A DNA stretch of 64,000 nt from Eledone cirrhosa (Eukaryota). Where the stretch lies: assembly GCA_964016885.1 (NCBI GenBank), contig OZ024742.1, forward strand, positions 140,864,001 through 140,928,000, read 5' to 3'. Positions 1-14,530 of the stretch are shown here, in pieces. How positions within the stretch are numbered: the first letter of the stretch is position 1; each line of letters opens with the position of its first letter. Below the pieces are notes generated by a model, which had not been told where the DNA came from, did no database searches, and saw nothing but the letters and a program-made list of their open reading frames with translations. The position numbers were made by a program, and so were the translations under genes.

Positions 1-469
1 TTCTACAAAATCCCACCAACTATTTGATTATTTTCAAAATGATTGGAAAACGATAGGCATTGTCTTTCATTAGAAATATGGTAATGAAAGGGTTAAAGAA
101 GATTCTATTACATAAAAAGGGCTTTTGTGGCAAAATCAAATAACTCAATATTTTTAACTTTTAACTATGCTGTTATTCTAAATCAGATTATGATAGAGTA
201 AACCAAAATTTATATGCATTCAAATGAAATATTTGCTTCGTTGTCAATATTAAGATAAAAGAAAGGATACAGAATGATTTAACAATATTGGAATTAATGT
301 AGATTGTGTTAAATGACACACTAACAGAGGAAGTGATTGTTGCAGTGATAAAATATGCTAATCTCAGTTTTTAGACATTGCTACTTCAAGAGAGAAATAG
401 AAAGTTAATAAAAGCTATTTAAGCATTCTGAGTTGGAATGAAATGAATGTATTCAATATTTCTGCTTTA

Positions 470-740
470 AAGAGTGGTATTCATCGACTGAAAGAGGAAG
501 TGGGATAAGAGGAATCAGATATAGCATGCAAGAGGCTGTGCTGGTATGGACATGGGTGATGATCATTGAGTGAAGAAATGCCAGGACATACCAGTGAAAG
601 GAAGCCACAGTATAGGAAGACCAAGGAAGAACTGGGTGGATGTGGTGAGAGTTGAACTCAAATTACTGAAGCTCACATAAGAGATGACAAAGTATCACAA
701 TGAGTGGAGAGATGCTATGGTGAAAAGATCCATCCAAATA
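470..740 (+). mobile_element. Degenerate RTE-clade LINE 3' fragment
   Basis: Remnants of RLCWYGH, GRPRKNW and EMTK...WRDA motifs. Confidence 0.6.
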
Positions 741-3700
741 AAACTAGTGCTTAATAACAAGCACAGTACATCTGATGGGTATTCACATGGTTTTCTCTAC
801 CAAATTTCACACAAGAGGCTTTGTTCCAAGACTCAAACTTCAATTATTTAAAACTATGTGTAAACACATTCAAACATTATTCTTAAATCAATCTGAGATG
901 CAGGTGGAGAAAACTTTATATTTCTTTCATACATTTATGATAAAAGGGATCAATAACACATTACGGTAAAATGGATTTTGTCATTTTATAAATAAAGAGA
1001 TTTGTCCTTCAGAAAGAAATCTTTATTTACCAATCCAACATTCCCAAACCACCTCATATGGGAGGTGGTTTGAAAAGTTGAGCTATTCTTCACATTTATT
1101 TTGAACCTTTTACTTTCTGTTGAATATTCCAACGCACCCATAGCCGACCACAACTATTTGAAATTTAAATTCATATTTTTCTTTGTTTATCATTAACTCA
1201 AGGAGGAAAGAGCAGCAAACATGACTGTTTACATTTTTTCAAGGCCTCTGAGACTGGTAGGAAGAAGGAAGGAAGCTATCCTCAACCTTGAGGTCTGACC
1301 CAAATGCTTGCATCAGAGTGAACTCTGCTAAGGCATCCAAAGAGAGTGTGGTAGCATTAAACTGCCTTATGGATTAAGTTAACTATCTAAAAACTCAAAA
1401 TACTGTAAGGGAAACTAACTATTCTGCCAATTCACAGCTCAAAGCTATCAACTAGTATCATCATCATCATCATCATCATCATTTAATGCCCATTTTCTCA
1501 CTGTTTTACATTAATATTCCCTTGTTAGTATGGTAATCCTCTACAAATATCTCCAGAACTAAAAAATTAAAATAAAACCAAGCCACATTCAATACTAGCA
1601 AAATGTTCTTACATAAAATTATGATCTAAAATGAACACTTTAAAAAGATGGGTTATCAAAAGAGTTAAGAAAATACAAAATCTTAATAATTGACAGTTGA
1701 TTTATTTTTTAATAGTATTGTCTATTATGAAGTATAATTAAATTTTGTCGCATTTCTGTAACCTGGCCATTGAAACATTTACATGTAAAGTGAATATTTT
1801 GCCTACTGAATTGTTGCTTCTAATATAGCCTCAAGCTAAACAATGTATTGTATTATGTCCAATATGTATGTGTGTGTAAGTGTGTCACATTACTACATCT
1901 TCATATAGACAAGACTTAAAGCAGACAGTGACATTTGATTATATCTTGCATAAACAATACATCCCACAATGGTGTGGCAGTTAAACATAAATGAGCAGTA
2001 AATACTAGAATTATAAATAAAGTAAGAGTTGATATCAGATAGAGCATTTAACCATAGAAACACTAACTCAAAATGTTTTGTCCAAGGGACAAAAACAAAA
2101 TTGTAAAAATGGAGGGGGTAATGATGATGGTCATGATACAGAGCACACCTTAATCAGAAAATATTTTTACTTAGATTTTTTGAATGAAAAATAGAAATCA
2201 ACTACTTTCAACATTCATTATTCAGGAAATGCTATGTGATTGAATGCTAACTACCATGAAAAAGTTTCATGTGTATTGTTTTAATGTGAATGAGAGATAA
2301 AAATGATTGGTAGGAGTGGAGAGAGAGTGGAGGGAGAGAGGGGGAAGAGAGAGGCGGAAGGCTAGACATGCTAGTATAAAACATAATCTAGTAGGCCTCT
2401 CAGCTATCATCACAAGATACTTAACCATTTTGATCCCAAACCACTTGAAACTGCCTATGGTTCCACAATATAAAAGTCCTTTGAAGTGCTTATATTTATC
2501 TAAAAACCTTTCATTATAATTTCATTATTTTTCATTATATTTACTAACCTTTCAAAAGTCAATTTTCATTCAGCCAAAAATATAGCTTTAGCAATATCTG
2601 AATAGTCCCAAAATTCCATGCAAAAAAATCTATATATTAAATACACATACAGTAGGGCATTGTATATTTAATTGGGGAACAGGTGTGGCTGAGCAGTTGA
2701 GAAGTTTCCTTTACAACCATGGTATCTTACACTGCATGGTATCTTGGGTAAGTGTCAACTGAGGCCTGATGAATAAAATTGGGGAGATAGAAACTGCATG
2801 GAAGCCCATTGGATGAATTGTATCTTTAATTAAAAAGTACAGCCATTACACATTGTGTTGTGCTGATTCAATTTGAGAATTATGTTACGGATGTCAGTGT
2901 AATGCTCAACCACATACATGTTTCTTGAGCTGGATGTTCAGTTGATGAGACAACTGAATGTTCATAATTGAAACCAACGGAGGCTCCATGATGTCATCAG
3001 GGTGAGCATTCTACACTACATATAAAATAAAAACTTCACTTAACTGAAATCATCCATATAATTAGCATCCAAAACAAAAAACCTCACTGTAGTTTTTAAA
3101 TATCTCTAGAGGGACTTTCGAGTAGACAGAATGAGTTCAAATCCAGTTTGATAGTCAAATTGAAATTCATCTTTTAAGTAAATGTAATTATTCTAGAATC
3201 AAAATGATCTTGTTAAAAAAAAGAACACCACAAGCTTTTGTGTCTGTAAAGTAAGGTTGATATAACCACTGTAAAGAATGTATCAGATTATAAATTCTTC
3301 TGCATATGAGAAAAGTGGAATTCCTCAATTTAACACAAAAAGCAAAATATCAACAAAATAAAACAAAAAAAAGCAACAAGAAAGAATAAAAACAAATTGA
3401 GTATTGGTAGAAACAGCAATTCTTTACCACCTACATTCTGTTATGTATGTGCTGATTGAACCAGAGAGACGAGAGAGAGGTGATGCATATATATAGAGAG
3501 GGGGGGAGACAGATATGTGACAGAAAGAGAGAGATGAAGAAATAGCTTTAGAGGAATGTGCTGTAGCTCTAATATATAATGCATTGTGATGCAATAATGT
3601 AAAAGAGCCAGAAAATAAGAATATTTGCACATTTTTTAATGCATGGATGCACAATGCCTGAATACATGAACAGGTGTGAAGCATTCAGAATTTGTTCAAG

Positions 3701-5217
3701 ATAATAACTACAATATTAAATGTTAATAATTTTACAGCAAATGTTTTTCTATGTCTTTCATTATATAAAAAAATATTGTGAAGAGCATTATGAAGTTCTT
3801 AACAAAATGGCCATGTGATCTACTTTAAATTTTTACTGAAATGAAACCAGTTTATTGTGTTTATATTCATTAGAAAGGTATGCACACCACATATTTTCAT
3901 ATCCCCTATACTGTAACGCTACTTTTTTTTTATCTCAATAAAAGAAATGTTATCATCAACATTTTATTTATCAATATATTTATTATCATTCATTAAGGGC
4001 TGTAGATTGGTGGTATAGGTAGAGCATTGGACAACATGCCTTGTGGCTTATAGTTACAGCACTTCTGAGTTCAAATTCCACCAAGTGTTTCATCCTTATG
4101 GGATCAATAAAATAAAGTACCAGTAATATACTGGGGTCAATTTAATCAACTTTCCCCTCCCTCAAAATAGTTGGCCTCATGCTTAAATCAGAAACCTATT
4201 ATCATTCAAAAAATAAAGTAGTAATCAAGTACTGCGGTCAATTTAATTGACTAACTTCCCTCCTTAAAACTTCTGAGCATGTGTCAATGTTAGAAACAAT
4301 TATCATCATCATCATATCATCAATATTATTATTGCTATAAGGTGTGGTGGATTGGCAAGGATGATGGAATGGCAGAATCATTACTGCACCAGTATTTGTT
4401 CCAGCTTTGTATGTTCTGAGTTCAAGTCCTGCCAAGGTCAACTTTGCCATCCATCATTTCAAGGTCGATAAAATATAATACCAATAAAGCACTGGGGTCA
4501 GTATAATTGACTTTTTCCTTTCACCCAAATTGCTGGCCTTGTGCCTAAATTAGAAATCATTATGAATATTATTCACCCATTTATTCCTGAGTTTATCATG
4601 AATGTAGAGTCCTCAGACATATATAAATGCCAAGTAGTAATACAAGCAAACCCAGATTTGAATAAATGTTTTACACATACTCATACAATATCCATATATG
4701 AGAGGGGGGGGGGGGAAGAAGAAGGGAGAGAGAAAAAGGGTGAGAGAGGAGGGGGATAGAGAGAGAGGTTTGAATAGAAAGATATTTATTGTTAGTGTGT
4801 GAGAGGTATTTTTTTACATATGTGGTTATATAAATGTTGGTATATTAGTAATTACTTGATTATCTAATTATTATTGAAGATACAGTCATAGTTATTAAGG
4901 GAGGAAGTATGTGTGTGTATGTGTAGTAGTAGGTAGTGCATTAGCAATAGACTGATGGTAGAATTTCAAATATGTAATGGAATGTAGGAATGTTTACCTG
5001 AATGAGGGCATATGCAATTATTGATTTATTGAACAATATTGATGGAAAGGGAAAACTGAATTGACGAGATGATAGATTCTTGAGGGATGGAGATATTGTG
5101 ACATGGGAACTGAGAGAGGGGGATACGATATGGCACTGTGGATACATTCCAAATATAACTGAAATATATTCAGTTTATCATGTAAAACTTTATCAAGTTG
5201 ATATTCAATGAATTGTT

Positions 5218-5887
5218 TTAACCTTTTTTATACCAAACTGCCTGAAACTGCCCCTATTTGTACAATACTAAACTGTTTATTTTAAAGTATTTATATTTAT
5301 CTAAAAACCTTCCAACACAATTTTATGTAGGGACCTTTGTTAAACTACATAATATGAGAAAGTCAGTTATATTTCTAAATTCCACTAAATTCTTGATTAT
5401 TTCCAAAATGATTTAAAAATAAGCAGAGTTTTTCAATCAAAATCATCATTATCACTGTTTAACATCTATTTTCCAAGCTAGCATGGGTTAGACGAGTTGT
5501 CCCCTTATCTGACAAGTCAAATTAGGTGACCATGTCTTGCTAATACAGAACTGTTTCTGACCTGGTTTCTATGGCTGGATGCCCTTCCTAATGCCAGCCA
5601 CATTTACAGCATGGACTGGGTGCCTTTTATCATGGCACCAAAACGACCAACTGACAGATTAGACTGGGCACTTTTTTATCATGTCATCAGCATGACAACC
5701 TTACAGGGTAGACCAGGTGCTTTTTTTTTCGTATAACCACATGACCACCTTGCAGGGTGGGCTGGGTTCTTTTTTTCGTGTCACTAAAATGATCACTTTA
5801 CAGGGTTGACTAGGTGCTTTTTGTTGTATCACTAATAAGGCCACTTTACAGGGTGGACAGGGTGATCTATGGTAAGAAAAGGGTTAA
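5218..5887. mobile_element. MITE family A split by a nested retroposon (5442-5867, - strand)
   Basis: MITE sequence stops at ...caaaat and resumes at atggtaagaaaagggttaa; the insert has an (ATG)n tail and six ~48-bp units. Confidence 0.7.
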
Positions 5888-6124
5888 ACAGTGTTTACAT
5901 CATCTTTTTAAACACAGTTTAGCCCTTTTGATTCAAACCCAATCCAACTGAAACTTCTTCTTTTAATGTAATGTTCCAAACATTAGCTTAATAATGCAAA
6001 AAAAAAAAAAAATGTATTATTATTTCAAAAATTAATTGAAACACATTGGAATCAAAAGGATTTAATCAATTTAGCTTTGTGTTAACCAAAGTGGAATTTG
6101 GTAGAGAGAAACTGTAAAGAAGCC

Positions 6125-6170
<46 letters not shown>

Positions 6171-8087
6171 TTATGTTTAGACCCATCTAAAAACCTGGTG
6201 TTGTTCATACAATGTGCTTTTATGTCCTTTAATTTATTGATTTGACAAGTAGGGAATGATGAACTCTGAATTAAAAATTGATGCTCGATTAAACCCTTGA
6301 AGCTACCATGACCGCAGTCCAATAATTGGAACCAGTGTAAGAATCACAGTATGGTATATTATTCTGTTTTATAGAATGCTAAAGATTGGTCAATGTTGAT
6401 ATATTATTTAAATCTGTATGATAAGCAAAGCATTTACAAAAGTCTTGTTAATACAGACAATAAGATTTATTCATGCTTGTGTTGGGGTGGTGGAAGTTAG
6501 AAATATCTAACTAGATTCTTGTACTTCTGCTTGATAATAGGGTTTATCAGTTCAATTATAACTTCCTAACCCCACAAAATTTGAATATAAGTGAAAAAAA
6601 ATGTGGTCTAAATAACAATACAAATGATGAATTCAATATTTTGAATAATATCTTATTCTTTAACATATTTATTTTGTATAAAGCCAAACCCTGTTGATAA
6701 CTTTATTGATATCCAATGTTATGTGTAGGAGGTGGAAAGCATTAAGGATACCAATTTATTATTCATTGTGAAAGCTATATCGGTTGTTGTTTGTGTTGTT
6801 GTTTGTTAAGAGGTTAGAGAATATATTGCTGAACAATAAATGCTTTATAAATGATAAGAGTAAAGGTAATTAATAATAAATTCATTGACATCTTGAAATA
6901 TTAGAAATGAGCACAGACAAAATAAAACCTAAGTCCATAAAGTTCTTGGCCATTAGCGATTGATAAAAGATGCCATAAAATGCTTGTTATAGTGTGTTGC
7001 TATAGTGAGTAATAAAAGCAAAAAAATCAACAAGGAAAAAGAAAAATAAGACTCAGGGAAAATTATTGCAGCCGAAATATAGAGAAAGTTAATTCTATAA
7101 ACTTTAAATAATCTTCAGTTAGTTAACCCTTCACAATCTATGATTTTCAAATAATTTCGAAAATAATCAAGAATTTAGAGAAACTTGGTATTATAAGAAG
7201 CTTATCAAGCTGGTGTTTGGAGCATAACCTAGCAAAGGTTCTTACATGGAACTATGATAGATAGTTTAATATAAACACTTTAAATCAAGCAGTTAAATAC
7301 AAACACTTTAAAACAGGCAGTTTAGGTGGTTTGGTATCAAAAGGATTAATATAGTGGAATCATATTTAGTGTAACAGAATTTCTTAGCAAGCAGTTTATT
7401 GTTTTAAAAGGTACTTATAAATATAGCACCACCCATTACTTCCTACTAACTCACAAACCATATATACTATTCCTCTCTAAACCATAAATCCTTTTATCTG
7501 TACCTTCAACACAATTCTTGGTTAAACTCTCTACAAACTGTGCCTATATATAATCTTCCTTAAGATAAATTATAACAAATAATTAACTAGTATATTTTGA
7601 ATGTGTATAGCCAACAAGTTTACATTATTAGGTACATTTTTTCATTTTGTATACAATTTATTTTATTTTATTACTGTTTATTTAGGAAGGAAGGGCACAG
7701 CTCATTCCATGAAACTTTTCAGAGCCTTTGAAACTGGTATGAAGAAGGAAGGTTTACTGAAACTAGAAGCCTAACCTGAATGTTTGCAATATAGTGGCAT
7801 CTGTTAAATGTACCCAAGGTCCAGGTGGCATTGTTAAACCAGGTGACAGATAAAATCTACCCCTCAAGTACACCACAGCAAGCTCAGAGTTCAAAAAGCT
7901 AGAATGAATATCACTACAAGGCATTCTGTCTGATGTTCTAACAATTATGTTAATCCACTGCTTTGGAATGGTACTTTATCTAGCTGACCCCTATAGAATG
8001 ACAATGTTGACCATGGCAGAATTTGAACTCAGAGAGTTAAGAGCCAGAACAAATACTGCAAATCCTTTTGTCCTATTCTCTAATAAT

Positions 8088-8182
8088 TGTTTCTACTTTA
8101 GGCACAAGGCCAGCAATTACCCAGTGTCTTACTGGTACTTTATTTTATCGACCCTGTAAGGATGAAAGGCAAAGTCAACCTC
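8088..8182 (-). mobile_element. Headless SINE copy with TSD
   Basis: TSD tctctaataat at 8077-8087 and 8181-8191; element starts GAGGTTGAC on the - strand. Confidence 0.85.
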
Positions 8183-8559
8183 TCTAATAATGCCACAACT
8201 TTGCCATTTATTTAGCCATATACAATAAGTGTTTCAAGGTTAAACCCCTGTTAAAGAAGGGGGTTACCTCTCTGGGCTCAAAAATAATCTTCATACTCAT
8301 CAATAAAGTCCTTTTTAAGGCAATATTGTACAACCTGAGAAATATAAGTATTGAATTGTCACAAAATAGTGAATACAATAAAAGGAAATAATGGATATAA
8401 TTTTGAATCTTAATTTCTTCTAGACAAACTTCATATGATCAGATATAGAGTAAAATTGTTGTTATAATCTATAATCTAAAATGTTAAGTGTTAGTAAATA
8501 TCTCTAAAGTTAATATAAGAGCAGAAGAAAAACTGAAAAATCTCCTAGACACTAAAGAA

Positions 8560-9050
8560 AACTCAAAGTTACTTTTAAGTAAACATTTTCAGTATCACTG
8601 ATACAAGAAAGCTGCTTCATCAAACTTAATTTCTTGGTAAGACAAGACAACTCCGATCTTTAGAAGTATTAATTATATATAACAGAAGTTATAGAAAATT
8701 CTGATAAGATTGATAAAAATATTGTTGATCATACACTGAGCAATGCGAGTATAAGGGAGAAGTTTTATGCTTGTATTATTGAATTCTTGAAGAGTAAGAG
8801 ATAGATTGCTGCTGCTTATAATAATCTTACTAAAAATCTTTTAGGATGAGTGGTGCAACATGATAGATGTAAATCAAACTGATAGGAAAGAGCTCAAGTA
8901 GTCAGAGAAGCTTAGTTGATATAGTGATGACACCATGTTATTAACAGCATTCAATGTGGTTTAAGATGAAATACTACACACCAACATAATCATAACAAAA
9001 GTATATGAAGCAGAAGAAATTTCTGCTGAACCAAACTGATAGCATTCAAT
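8560..9050 (+). mobile_element. Highly decayed LINE RT fragment
   Basis: tat agt gat gac acc atg tta tta aca gca (YSDDTMLLTA, YADD-like) near 8920; flanking frame riddled with stops. Confidence 0.3.
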
Positions 9051-9106
9051 GTAGACTTAAACATTCATTGATACACTTCAAATTATACAATTCAAAGAAT
9101 ATTATT

Positions 9107-9365
9107 TTAACTCTTTGGATACCAAACTACCTGAAACCGCCCATAATGCTACAATGATAAACTGGTTATTTGACAGTGTTTATATTTATCTATAAACTTT
9201 CAATCATAACTTTAGATAAAAATCTCAGTTATGCTTCAAACACCAGCTTAATAATGAGAAAGTTAGGTATATGATTAAATCCCTTCAAATTCTTGATTAA
9301 TTTTGAAATGATTCGAAAATATTAGGAAGTGTCTTTCATTAGAAATATTGTAATAAAAGAGTTAA
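9107..9365. mobile_element. piggyBac-type MITE, family A
   Basis: TTAA-CTCTTT...AAAGAG-TTAA; internal sequence shared with 34387 in the opposite orientation. Confidence 0.75.
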
Positions 9366-10696
9366 CATAAAAATTTGTTTTTACAGTTTAGTGGAGCTTA
9401 TTTCCTAGAATTGACAAAGATTCATGTAGAAATCCTTTTTTCACAATTTAAACTAATTTCCCAAAGTGTTGTAATTATACATCTCTAATAGAATTTTTAA
9501 ACATAGACAAAGAATTAAAGCTTTTAAGATCAATAATTGCTATTTGATTTGATTACAATTAAAGCTAGGTATGAAACCAATCATCAGATTATAATTCTTT
9601 CTACATAAATTACCTTTAGGCCTTTCAAACCAAAAAAAAATTACAATGGAAATAATTCCAATATTTAAAAATTTATATTTTTTCCAGACTTCAAATTGTT
9701 TTTCTTTAATCATACTTTAGAGTTTTCTATTTTTAGCCCATATTTCTCACGAAGCACACTACTTAAGATTTTCAAATTATTTTGAAAATAATTAAGAATT
9801 TGAAAGGACTTAGTAAAGTAACTATATTTCTCCTTATTATGCTAGAGCTGGTAGTATAACCTAAACAGTTCTTACATGAATTTATGATGAAAGGTTTTTA
9901 AATAAATATAAACACTTTAAAATAAACAGCTTAGCATTGTCAAACCGGGGGCAGTTTTAGGTAGGTTGATATCAAAAGGATTAAATATATCTTATGAAGG
10001 CTGTTAAAACAGAAATTACTGGAATCTTTCAATTTAATGTACTTGTAGCTTATTATCAATTGAATGTTTTCATACTATGTTGAATGCAAAAGACACAAAA
10101 AATATACACATTTACGCAGTCTCAGTTAACCCTGTATATGTATAGATATGTGTTTATCAAATATTTTAGCTGTTTAGGGAACTACTTAATATGTACTGGA
10201 TTTAATTATGGTGAGACTCCAATAAGGGTAAAAAATGGATTGTGGATGTTAATTGTTTTGTTTTTTTAATATAGAATCTAGAGGGAAACACATCAATTTG
10301 ACATGATCACCTGTCCATGCTCAATATTTACATTTATATACACATTCACACAGTTGACCCTGTACTGTATATGTACAGATATGTATTTATTGTATATTTC
10401 AGTTGCTAAATGAACAAGTTAATCATCATCATCATCATAGTTTAATGTCCATTTTCTGTGTTAACAAGTGTTGAATGTGTCGTCACTGACTGTTCAATAC
10501 TTACATGGTGCCATTGACCTCCAGGTAGGCTGGGGGTGCAAAATATCAATCCACATACTATTAAGTGCATTTTACCATGGCACCAACACTAGGGAGGTTG
10601 TCATTTCTATGGAAAAACTGGAGAGTCCTCTTGGCTTTTTGTTTGGCAAGTTTTCTTTGGCTGGATGCCTTTCCCATATATATCATCATCATCATC

Positions 10697-10735
<39 letters not shown>

Positions 10736-10739
10736 GATA

Positions 10740-10793
10740 ACAAGTTATCGTTTTAGGTATTCCAGTTAGAGGTTGTGAGTATTCTTCACTTTT

Positions 10794-10835
<42 letters not shown>

Positions 10836-11008
10836 AAGAGTGAAGAATACTCACAACCTCTAACTGCATTACCTAAAACGATAACTTGTGCATCTGTTTA
10901 AACGTGTGTTTGTTTATAAAGGTTTATGTATATATATGTATATATATATGTGTGTGTGTATATACACATAAACCTTTAAAAACAAACACACTTTTAAACA
11001 GATACACA
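10740..11008. repeat. Two adjacent imperfect palindromes centred on (TA)n/(TG)n
   Basis: 10740-10889 (~58-bp arms) and 10887-11008 (~43-bp arms). Confidence 0.85.
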
Positions 11009-12399
11009 CACACACATAATATTGACTCTCACACACACACACTTCACATTCCAATATTGTTACCAAGACTACCCAACAGTTTGTCTTGTTTACTCTATTT
11101 TCGTTTTTTTTTACTTGGACTACCTTTTATTTTCTATATCTATCCTTTGTGATCCTGTCTCTATCACAACAGAAACACAAACCCTACATCTCAATTTTAC
11201 TTTTGAAAATCATAAGATCTGTGAAACCGGTAAAGTAAATAGATAAATATTCTTAAAAGACTCCAGTTGCATATTCAATTTCTTTTCCTTATACTTTTAC
11301 CTGTGTGGAACATCTTTTTAAAAAACCTCATTTTCTTTCATCATCATCATCATCGCTTAACATCTATCTTCCACACTAGCATGGATATATATATATACAC
11401 AATAATATAACTGTTGAGAGAATATTTATTAGTAGTTTAAGCTAAGAAACCTTGCTTTCACCCTTTTCGGGATCTTCAGGTTGAAAACTCAAAAACCACA
11501 TGGTTGTGAAGCAAACTCCTTAATATAGTCATGCCTGCACCTACTTTCTAGAAATTAAAAAAATATGTAGAAAATAGTGTTATGACAGATTATTTCATCT
11601 AATAGTGTCAATTATTGGTCAAATCAATAAGCTGGCTTCTCTGGTGCCTTCCAAGCAAGTAGGCTTTCTTTGTTCAAATAATAATTTTTAAGAGAAAATA
11701 CTCGGAATATTGGCCCCCGTAATTTTCGATACTGGATCTGATCAAAAAGCAATTTTTGATTTATTTGTTTTTAAGAAACTTACACAACAAAAGGTTCTTA
11801 TGAACTTACTGGGAGAGGTAGTATATTAAATATGGTTGTGTTGAGGATGTTAACTTTTTGGAGCAGATAATAACATGAGGGAGTTTATTCCTCATCTTTT
11901 ACACCATTTTCATGAATATAATCAATATTCATTCGCTTTATAAATGAGATCACTTGAAAAAAAATAAAAATAAACCTAAAAGACACAGAGCTGCTTCCAG
12001 ATGCTATTGATTTTTAAATTCAAGACAAACCCTTGTTGAAAATCAGGTGTACTTCATGTGCCTGAAACCCTGTTAAAAATGCATTTTTTTTTCATGCAAT
12101 GTGGATTTAACAGTTACTAATTTTGCAATTCTTGTAAGGTTGGAATTAGAAAAGAAAATTGTACAGTTAAAACTAATAATTTCCCTTGTTACTTAAATGA
12201 AATTGTATATTAATTCAAAAATATTCATAACAATAAAAAATTTGAGATTTTCTTTAATTTTTGTTATACACACGATTTATTAAAATATATTCACTAAATA
12301 GTTTTATTGGAGTTGATATTTTTTTAATCTAATTAAATCTAAACCAGTAAGAATAATTGTTTGTTCTATTCAAAAAATGATCAACAGAATAAAACTCTA

Positions 12400-12576
12400 G
12401 GCGGTCGATTGGCAGTATCTGTAGAGGGTCAGACGCCATGCTTTGCAGCAAAAGAGTTACGGCCCTTTATGGTCTGAGTTCAAATCCCGCTGAGGTTAAC
12501 TTTGCCTTTCATCCTTACGGGGTCGATAAAATAAAGTACCAGTAATACACTGTGCCAAAAGTAGAAATAATTATTA
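12400..12576 (+). mobile_element. tRNA-headed SINE with conserved hairpin centre (family with >12 copies in the window)
   Basis: tggcagtatc (A box-like), gagttcaaatccc (B box), actttgcctttcatccttacggggtcgataaaataaagtaccag, tail gtagaaataattatta. Other copies near 3997, 4340, 7960, 15150, 44062, 46135, 50395, 55682, 59993, 60183. Confidence 0.85.
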
Positions 12577-13566
12577 AACAAATAGATATTTGACCCTATG
12601 TTAGGGTGGGGGCTTAAAATGATATTTGTTTTAGGTTCCACCCTTACTAGCAGAGAAAGCTGATGTTTAAACAACAATGATGTTAATGATTGTTTTATAT
12701 AATAACATTTTAAAGTTTATATTGAAATATGCAAATATACATGTCAAATTTAGGCACCAATAATTTATTGATTTAAAATGTCTAGAGTTACAGACAATCA
12801 AGCTCTACATAGAATGATGTAAAAATAAATTTAATGAAAAATTTTAAGTTGAATTCTATATTCATAATTAACAAACTTTGAGGAACAACTATATTATTTA
12901 TAAATACTGACATTTAAGAATTTAGAAGACTTGGTGTTTAGTTCTTTTAATATACGTTGTAGTTTTTTTTATTAAAAAAACAAAAAAGATGCAAAAAGGC
13001 ATATGTAACTTATCTGCTGAACCATGCTCTGTGTTTGAAATTAGCAGCATATACTAACTCATACAAGCACACACGTGGGTAAATGATAATATAGGATGGG
13101 TTGATCAGTCTATATAAATATCAGTGTTGATGTCATGCACAAAAACAAAAAGAACTGCTTAAGCAGAATTTGATTCCCCTTTAAAACAAATTTTCCTATT
13201 GCATTGATTTATAAATACATGCCTTTCACATGGGCAAAATATATAATATATATACAGAGTTCTCTATCAGCAGTCTTTAATCACAATGGAAGCTGCATAT
13301 ATCAATCGGGAGTGTTGATTTAAAATTGCCAGTTAATTTGTATATTGCAGGCATAGATCCTTGAATTACATTACTATATCTATGATTTCAGGACTTAACT
13401 TGGCTATATTAGCAATGATTGGGATTATTTCAGCTAAATATATATATATATTTTAAATTTAAATACATCTGCAAGCAAAAGAGCAAACAGTATATATGAA
13501 ATGCTACATGCAAATTATGTATAAGTCAAAGGCTGAAACACAAATACTATAAACACAAAATGTGAT

Positions 13567-13613
<47 letters not shown>

Positions 13614-14376
13614 CATACATTTACTGATGCTAAACTATTATACTCATAACAAAAAGCTTTTCTTTTGTATGTCTGCAGGGAAAATTTGACATTAGAAGCT
13701 GATTATTTTTAGAAATTTGATCTTTATTTTTAGAGTTTAATGTTAGACCAGAGATCTTTAATGATACCAATGATAATTTGCAAGCATTTCCTCAAATCCA
13801 TTAAAAACATCAATTGAATTATTTTGATAAAAATCAAGGTGTCATTCTTTCTTCTTTTCTAGATATTATAAGTTTTAAGTTATTTTAACATATCTGGTTT
13901 AAAGACATTCTACTGTCTACCATGCATAAATTATGTTTCATTAAAAATTTAAACCTTCTAATACTTGGAACCACACCTGATTCCCATTATACAAAGTTTT
14001 AAAAGTATTCATATTTAAATTTAAAACGTCCATTATAATTTTATGTAAGAAAATTTTGTTACATTTCAAGCACTGGCTTAAAAATGATTAAAAAAATAGT
14101 GTTTTTAAACAAATGCCTTAAAATACTTGATTATTTTCAAAATTAATTGAAACTCATAGGCAGAGTATTTCACTAGTAATATGATCATTAATTGGTTAAG
14201 CCTTGTATCAAACCACTTCATACTTTCTAAACAATAAACATTCTATATTTCATTAGAATCTTCTCTCATTTTCACATCAGCAACAATCTAAAGTAAAGTG
14301 TAAGTCAATGAGATCAATTTCAATCCAATTACTGTAAGCAGTCTTTATGGCTATGGAAATAAAAAAAAGAGGAACT

Positions 14377-14530
14377 TATTAACCATGCAGGCTTGGTTTC
14401 GGAACCATGTGGTTCTGGACTCAGTTCCTTTGCATGGGTCTTTGGGCAAGTCTCTTCTGTTATAGCCTTGAACTGACCAATGTTTTGTGAGTGAATCATT
14501 TAGATAGAAACTGTGAAAAAGTTTGTGTGT
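14377..14530 (+). mobile_element. Second CORE-like SINE family (related copies ~2680-2810, ~32905-33090, ~34950-35080)
   Basis: ggttctggactcagttcc...tttgggcaagtctcttctgttatagccttg...tgtgagtg...gatagaaactg recurs. Confidence 0.6.
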
